Origin: Flavobacteriales bacterium
Lineage (GTDB): Bacteria > Bacteroidota > Bacteroidia > Flavobacteriales_C > GCA-002722245
Direction of reading: 5' to 3'
Length of the DNA: 64,000 nucleotides
NCBI GenBank assembly: GCA_002722245.1
Contig: PBLA01000033.1
Location: 229,178 to 293,177, forward strand
The notes below the pieces were generated by a model, which searched no databases, was not told the DNA's origin, and saw nothing but the letters and a program-made list of their open reading frames with translations. Every line of letters starts with the position of its first letter. Position 1 is the first letter of the stretch. A program made the position numbers and the translations under genes. Below, piece after piece: positions 59,740 through 64,000 of the stretch.

Positions 59740-59788
59740 TTCACCCTAAGAACGAGAGTAAAAAATGAAGGTTTCCCATTACTATAAT

Positions 59789-61285
59789 TTAATTTACTTT
59801 AACCATTTTCTTCGTTCCAATTATTTCGCCTTCTTCAACTAATGTCAGATAGTAAGCACCCAAAGGTAACGGGGCTGTATTAAATGATATTTCTTGATAA
59901 CCTGGATTTGGAACAATTAATTCCTGTACCAGTTTTCCATCCAAAGTGATAACTTTAACAACCGCGAAAGCATGGTTAGTAAACAAAGGTATTTTTGTAT
60001 CCGTTTTACATGGATTAGGATAGTTTTGAGAAATATTCGATTCTTCTAACTCAAAGAATTCTTGATATTCTTCTTGCTTTGATTTCTCCTCATCCCAATA
60101 ATCATCCAATCTTGGAATTAACATGGCTTCTACCCTTCTGTTTTTTGATTTACCTAAATCATAATTATTGTCACCAACAGGTTTAAAATCACCATAACCT
60201 TTTATGTAAATGTCCTCTTCCGGAATACCTTCATCTAGTAAATATTTAGCCACGGTTTTAGCTCTTTTCTTTGCCAAAAATTCATTATGTTTTTGATTTC
60301 CATCCGAATCGGCATGTCCTGAAACAAGGACTTTATAATCTGTATTGTCCCAATACCTTTCAATTAATGAATCAAGTGTATTTTTCTCCTCAAGATCAAC
60401 GGAGGAAGAGTTTTTTTGAAAGTTTACCTCGTAATTATAATTATAGCTTTTAATACTTTTATGCTCTATAAAAACTCCAGAATCCAAAGCATAATCTCCT
60501 ACGTCGGCAATTACCATTTTTAAGATATAAGTTTTACCTGGTTCAACTTTAGCAGTTACCGTTAGTAGCTTTGTAAATCCGTCGTATTGCATGTGATATG
60601 TTTCGCTATTTCGAACGTAAAAACTTTGGTTACTAGGCGCTACTCCCGATGGGTTTCCACCATTCACATTATTAATACTAACCGGAGTATTGGTTCGAGG
60701 AATAACGGCCAAATTTTCTTTTTCTTGAGCACCTTTTTCTGAGATATAAAATGCAAAACCGTCATTATATGGGGAACCTACGAATTCGTCATACTCTTCC
60801 GATCCAAAAACATAAGAAAATTCTATTGTATTTCCCTGAGGTATAATTTCAAGCTCAATAGAGGTGGCGTCAAAAATTCTATTTGTATTAATAGTTTTTG
60901 CTAAATCGTCATCTACAACATTGGAAAAGAAACTCTGATTTATATAGTGAGTTGGGTTGTTTTGGACAACCATTCCATCCTGAGTTGCTGTCATACCTTC
61001 CATGTTATTATCTCCAACAATTTGGTCTACGCTTCCTGTGCTTAAAACAATTCCTTTCTCTAAACCCAAAATTTTCTTTTCATCATAAAAAGACCCTACT
61101 GCCTTTGACGACAAAGGTTGATTGGATGTAAAGCTTCTTAAAACAACTCCATCTCCCATCATAGATTCCACTATGTCACCAAGCGTATTATCTTCTGACA
61201 TAGACTCGATTTGAAATTTACTTTGGCCTAACGCTAATGAGGATAGGAATACAAATAAAGCAAACATTAATTCTTTGAAATACAT
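59789..61285 (-). CDS. Secreted OmpA-C-like domain protein with a T9SS C-terminal sorting domain
   Basis: Signal peptide; OmpA-like peptidoglycan-binding motif (SGHADSDGNQKHNEFLAKKRAKTVAKYL); C-terminal PNPCKTDTKIPLF...YYLTLVEEGEIIGTKKMVKVN CTD. Confidence 0.65.
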   Translation of the reverse strand: MYFKELMFALFVFLSSLALGQSKFQIESMSEDNTLGDIVESMMGDGVVLRSFTSNQPLSSKAVGSFYDEKKILGLEKGIVLSTGSVDQIVGDNNMEGMTATQDGMVVQNNPTHYINQSFFSNVVDDDLAKTINTNRIFDATSIELEIIPQGNTIEFSYVFGSEEYDEFVGSPYNDGFAFYISEKGAQEKENLAVIPRTNTPVSINNVNGGNPSGVAPSNQSFYVRNSETYHMQYDGFTKLLTVTAKVEPGKTYILKMVIADVGDYALDSGVFIEHKSIKSYNYNYEVNFQKNSSSVDLEEKNTLDSLIERYWDNTDYKVLVSGHADSDGNQKHNEFLAKKRAKTVAKYLLDEGIPEEDIYIKGYGDFKPVGDNNYDLGKSKNRRVEAMLIPRLDDYWDEEKSKQEEYQEFFELEESNISQNYPNPCKTDTKIPLFTNHAFAVVKVITLDGKLVQELIVPNPGYQEISFNTAPLPLGAYYLTLVEEGEIIGTKKMVKVN

Positions 61286-61437
61286 AGCTTTTCGTTTTTA
61301 TAATGAATGCATAAAATCTAAAAAGGTAACCTCTTGAAGTACTCTTTTTTCATTTTTTAACATTCATTATGGGTTACCTTTTATTGTTTGTTGTATTACA
61401 CAGAATAGAAACACGAAAAAAGAAAACAGTAAAAGTC

Positions 61438-62994
61438 ATGAAAAAGCTAATTTTTAAAATTTCACTTCTATCCTTTCTAATTTTTGAGAACGCCTACGGA
61501 GGGAATATCTCAACTCAACAAATTAATAAGCACACTATTCAGCAAGAAAACACTTTAAAATTTGAATTTGATTACGCTGGGAATAGCTTTATTAAAGAAG
61601 ATGATTTAAAAGCATTGAAAAATAATGAAGTCATTCAAATAGATTTGATTTACACTCAATTTCATCGAGCGGAAGACTTTGATCAAGCAGCTTTAAATAA
61701 TAAAAGAATTGAAGCTTTAAAATCAAAATATCCAAAATTAAATAAGGAATCGATAAAATGGAATTTGATAGAACAAACTGGAGCTACGAATTTCAATGAA
61801 GCTCAGGATTATTTTCATGGATTCGTAATTCATTTTGGAAAGAGTTTAGAATACAATCAATTGAGTAAATCTTTAGTTGGTATTCAAAGGGAATTTAACA
61901 CCTATAAAATGGATGAAAATGGGGGTGAAATAACTTATTCATCGGGAAGTAAAATCACGATTCAACCTAACTCGGTAACTTACCCTGACGGTACGCCAGT
62001 TAAAGGGGATTTTACTATTAAATATCGCGAATTTAGAAATCAAGCGGAAATAGCTCTATCCGGTATTCCAATGACTTTTGAAGGACAAAATTTCAATTCA
62101 GTTGGAATGTATGAATTAAGAGGTGAGCAAGATGGAAAAGAGCTTAAATTAAATAAACCTGCTAATGTGGATTTTCAATGCACAAAGGGAGATGCTGGTG
62201 TTGGGTTTTATCAGCTAAACGAAAATGATAGCGAATGGGAAAAAGTAAAAGAGATTACTCCTGTATTGCCCCATAACTTGGTGAAAAAGGAAGTTGCAAG
62301 ACCTATTAATCATGGGAATTGGACATCTTATACAACTGGTATTTTCGTTAAGCCACACGACTCAATATTCTCTGTTGAGTTTGATCAATATAGATGGAAC
62401 TGTTTAAATAAAGCAATGGATACGGACTCTGCAATTAACATTGTAAAAAAAATAAGAAAATCCAGAACAATTTTAGTCGACTCTATAAATATTGAATCTA
62501 TAAACAAAAGCATCGCTGGAGTTAAAATCCCTTTGCCATATCATTTATTGGGTGGACCAAATAACAGAGTAGATGGATCTTTATTAGCAGAAGGAGCAGA
62601 TAAAGGCCATACTTACCCTTCCATCGTAAAAGGTTTGAACTCTAGTTCTTTTGGAGTTTATAATTGTGATCAGGTTTTTAGGATGAATAATAAAATTACT
62701 CTTATGGCTAATTATGTGGATGAGAATGGGAATGAAATTCCAAAGAAACACGTGATGTGTGTGATTGATTTAGATTACAACGGATCGTTTAGTTTCCATC
62801 CAAATTCGGTTACATTAAATGAAAAAGGTAATAATGTATTGTTATTATTCACAGAGGATAGAAAAGTATATGTACTATCAAAAGAAGCTTTTAAGAATTT
62901 AGATTTATCAAACCCACAACAACGTATTTTTATGGAAGACATGACTGATGAACTGTCTTCTCCTGAAGCTTTAAAAGCTTACTTAGAGATATAA
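61438..62994 (+). CDS. Hypothetical secreted protein; its N-terminal ~110-aa domain is paralogous to the next gene (track ORF starts at 61369; the signal-peptide start MKKLIFKISLL at 61438 is preferred)
   Basis: Signal peptide; shared motif block IDLIYTQFHRAEDF...IKWNLIEQTGATNFNEAQDYFHGFVIHF with the ORF at 63184. Confidence 0.5.
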   Translation: MKKLIFKISLLSFLIFENAYGGNISTQQINKHTIQQENTLKFEFDYAGNSFIKEDDLKALKNNEVIQIDLIYTQFHRAEDFDQAALNNKRIEALKSKYPKLNKESIKWNLIEQTGATNFNEAQDYFHGFVIHFGKSLEYNQLSKSLVGIQREFNTYKMDENGGEITYSSGSKITIQPNSVTYPDGTPVKGDFTIKYREFRNQAEIALSGIPMTFEGQNFNSVGMYELRGEQDGKELKLNKPANVDFQCTKGDAGVGFYQLNENDSEWEKVKEITPVLPHNLVKKEVARPINHGNWTSYTTGIFVKPHDSIFSVEFDQYRWNCLNKAMDTDSAINIVKKIRKSRTILVDSINIESINKSIAGVKIPLPYHLLGGPNNRVDGSLLAEGADKGHTYPSIVKGLNSSSFGVYNCDQVFRMNNKITLMANYVDENGNEIPKKHVMCVIDLDYNGSFSFHPNSVTLNEKGNNVLLLFTEDRKVYVLSKEAFKNLDLSNPQQRIFMEDMTDELSSPEALKAYLEI

Positions 62995-63183
62995 AAGCCA
63001 GTAAAGCAAATATCAATTCTTTTGTAAACATTTCAAACTGTTTTTTAATTAGATGCAGAAAACTCCAAAAAGTAACCTTTTGGAGGGGGTATTAACATTT
63101 ATTTTAAGATTTTTTAAGAATATTCTAATGATCAAGGAGGTTACCTTTTCGTGTTTACTGCATTTTACTACTAAACGAACAAG

Positions 63184-64000
63184 ATGAAAAAAATAACCTT
63201 CCTTTACCTATTCATTCAATTTGCAACCCTTTTAAGTAGTAGCGCCGCCCATATTCAACACATAGAAGTAGTTCAAGTTCCGAAATATGAAAACTTATCA
63301 GAGCATGCATTAGTCGTTCCGGTAAATTATGCAGGAGACATTATCTTATCGGACAAAGAGTTTGAAATTTTACTTGATCACGAACTAGTAAAAATTGAAC
63401 TGGTGTACACTCAGTTTAGAAGAAATATTCATTTTAACCAAGAAGAACTTAATGCAAATCGAATTGAAAAACTACAAAATCAATTTCCTTTTATAAATTT
63501 TGACCCCATTAAATGGAACTTAGTAGAGCAAACGCAAGCTCAAACTTATGAGGAAGCTCAAAAATGCTTTCATGGGTTCGTTTTCCATTTTAAACCTAAA
63601 ATGTCAGATGACGAATCAATCATGATGTTTGATGCCTTCATGGATATGGAAGTAAAGCTACCCACAGAAATTGATTACGCCGTTTTTAATAAAAAGTGTG
63701 TACAACAATTTTCCCGTCTTGCTCAAAAAACAGGAGGTGATGTTACTGTAGTTGCTAAAACGAGTGAAGTGACCAAAAGTATTGTTAATATCATTGATGA
63801 ATCAGCGACAGAAGGTTTAGATGTGATGATAATACTCGATAAAACCAGCAGTATGGCAGATGATTTTATCAATATAAAAAAAGGCCTTCATCAAATTATT
63901 TCCTCGCTAGAAAATATAAAGGATGTAAGGTTAGCCATCTCTTCCTTTGGTGATAAAAATGTAGATGGAAGGAAGTGGTATGATTTTAAAAATTTTGAAG
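63184..64000 (+). CDS. Secreted protein with the paralogous N-terminal domain plus a vWA domain; 3' end truncated by the window
   Basis: Start ATG at 63184, signal peptide MKKITFLYLFIQFATLLSSSAA; block IELVYTQFRRNIHF...IKWNLVEQTQAQTYEEAQKCFHGFVFHF; MIDAS-like DVMIILDKTSSMADD. Confidence 0.55.
   Translation, partial: MKKITFLYLFIQFATLLSSSAAHIQHIEVVQVPKYENLSEHALVVPVNYAGDIILSDKEFEILLDHELVKIELVYTQFRRNIHFNQEELNANRIEKLQNQFPFINFDPIKWNLVEQTQAQTYEEAQKCFHGFVFHFKPKMSDDESIMMFDAFMDMEVKLPTEIDYAVFNKKCVQQFSRLAQKTGGDVTVVAKTSEVTKSIVNIIDESATEGLDVMIILDKTSSMADDFINIKKGLHQIISSLENIKDVRLAISSFGDKNVDGRKWYDFKNFE

Noticed and set aside
1-64000. Search for tRNA/rRNA genes, transposases, integrases or prophage hallmarks
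   Set aside because: No cloverleaf-compatible segments, rRNA-like conserved stretches, DDE/tyrosine-recombinase ORFs or terminal inverted repeats were seen. Intergenic regions are short and AT-rich promoter/terminator-like sequence.

Overview
This 64-kb window is a low-GC (roughly 33%) Bacteroidota chromosome segment, most likely from a gliding Flavobacteriia/Cytophagia-like organism. It carries the gliding genes gldE-gldD coupled to ssb, and at least four cargo proteins with C-terminal type IX secretion (T9SS) sorting domains. There are no rRNA or tRNA genes, CRISPR arrays, transposases or integrases.

Housekeeping genes found: Rne/Rng ribonuclease, a 29-aa bS22 ribosomal protein that the ORF track missed, HU, mutY, ssb, gcvH, rseP, dxr, lspA, and a Phe/Tyr catabolic operon (phhA divergent from an amino-acid dehydrogenase, hmgA, hppD, fahA and a flavin reductase).

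Four regions look accessory or unusual:
1. A tight same-strand 6-gene cluster at 29024-38533, preceded by a divergent XRE regulator with a perfect palindromic operator. It encodes a YbjN-like protein, PspA/IM30, a YqiJ/DUF1449 NfeD-like membrane protein, a flotillin, a 1641-aa protein with a MoxR/AAA_5-type ATPase module, and a TerB-like protein. I consider this the best candidate for an uncharacterised membrane-stress, membrane-remodelling or envelope-defence system.
2. An rtcB-prfH ribosome/RNA-repair pair followed by a single-HKD PLD-family nuclease-like gene.
3. A translationally coupled PrkA / YhbH(DUF444, vWA) / SpoVR / second PrkA-paralog operon, followed by an SF1 helicase fused to a Vsr/DUF559-like nuclease domain.
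4. Tandem paralogous secreted proteins at the 3' end, one carrying a vWA domain.

Smaller observations: fahA's conserved N-terminus extends 44 codons upstream of its first ATG with no canonical start codon; an 18-bp perfect inverted repeat overlaps the start codon of a small Cys-rich ORF; a DUF1501 protein combines a Tat signal with a T9SS sorting domain.
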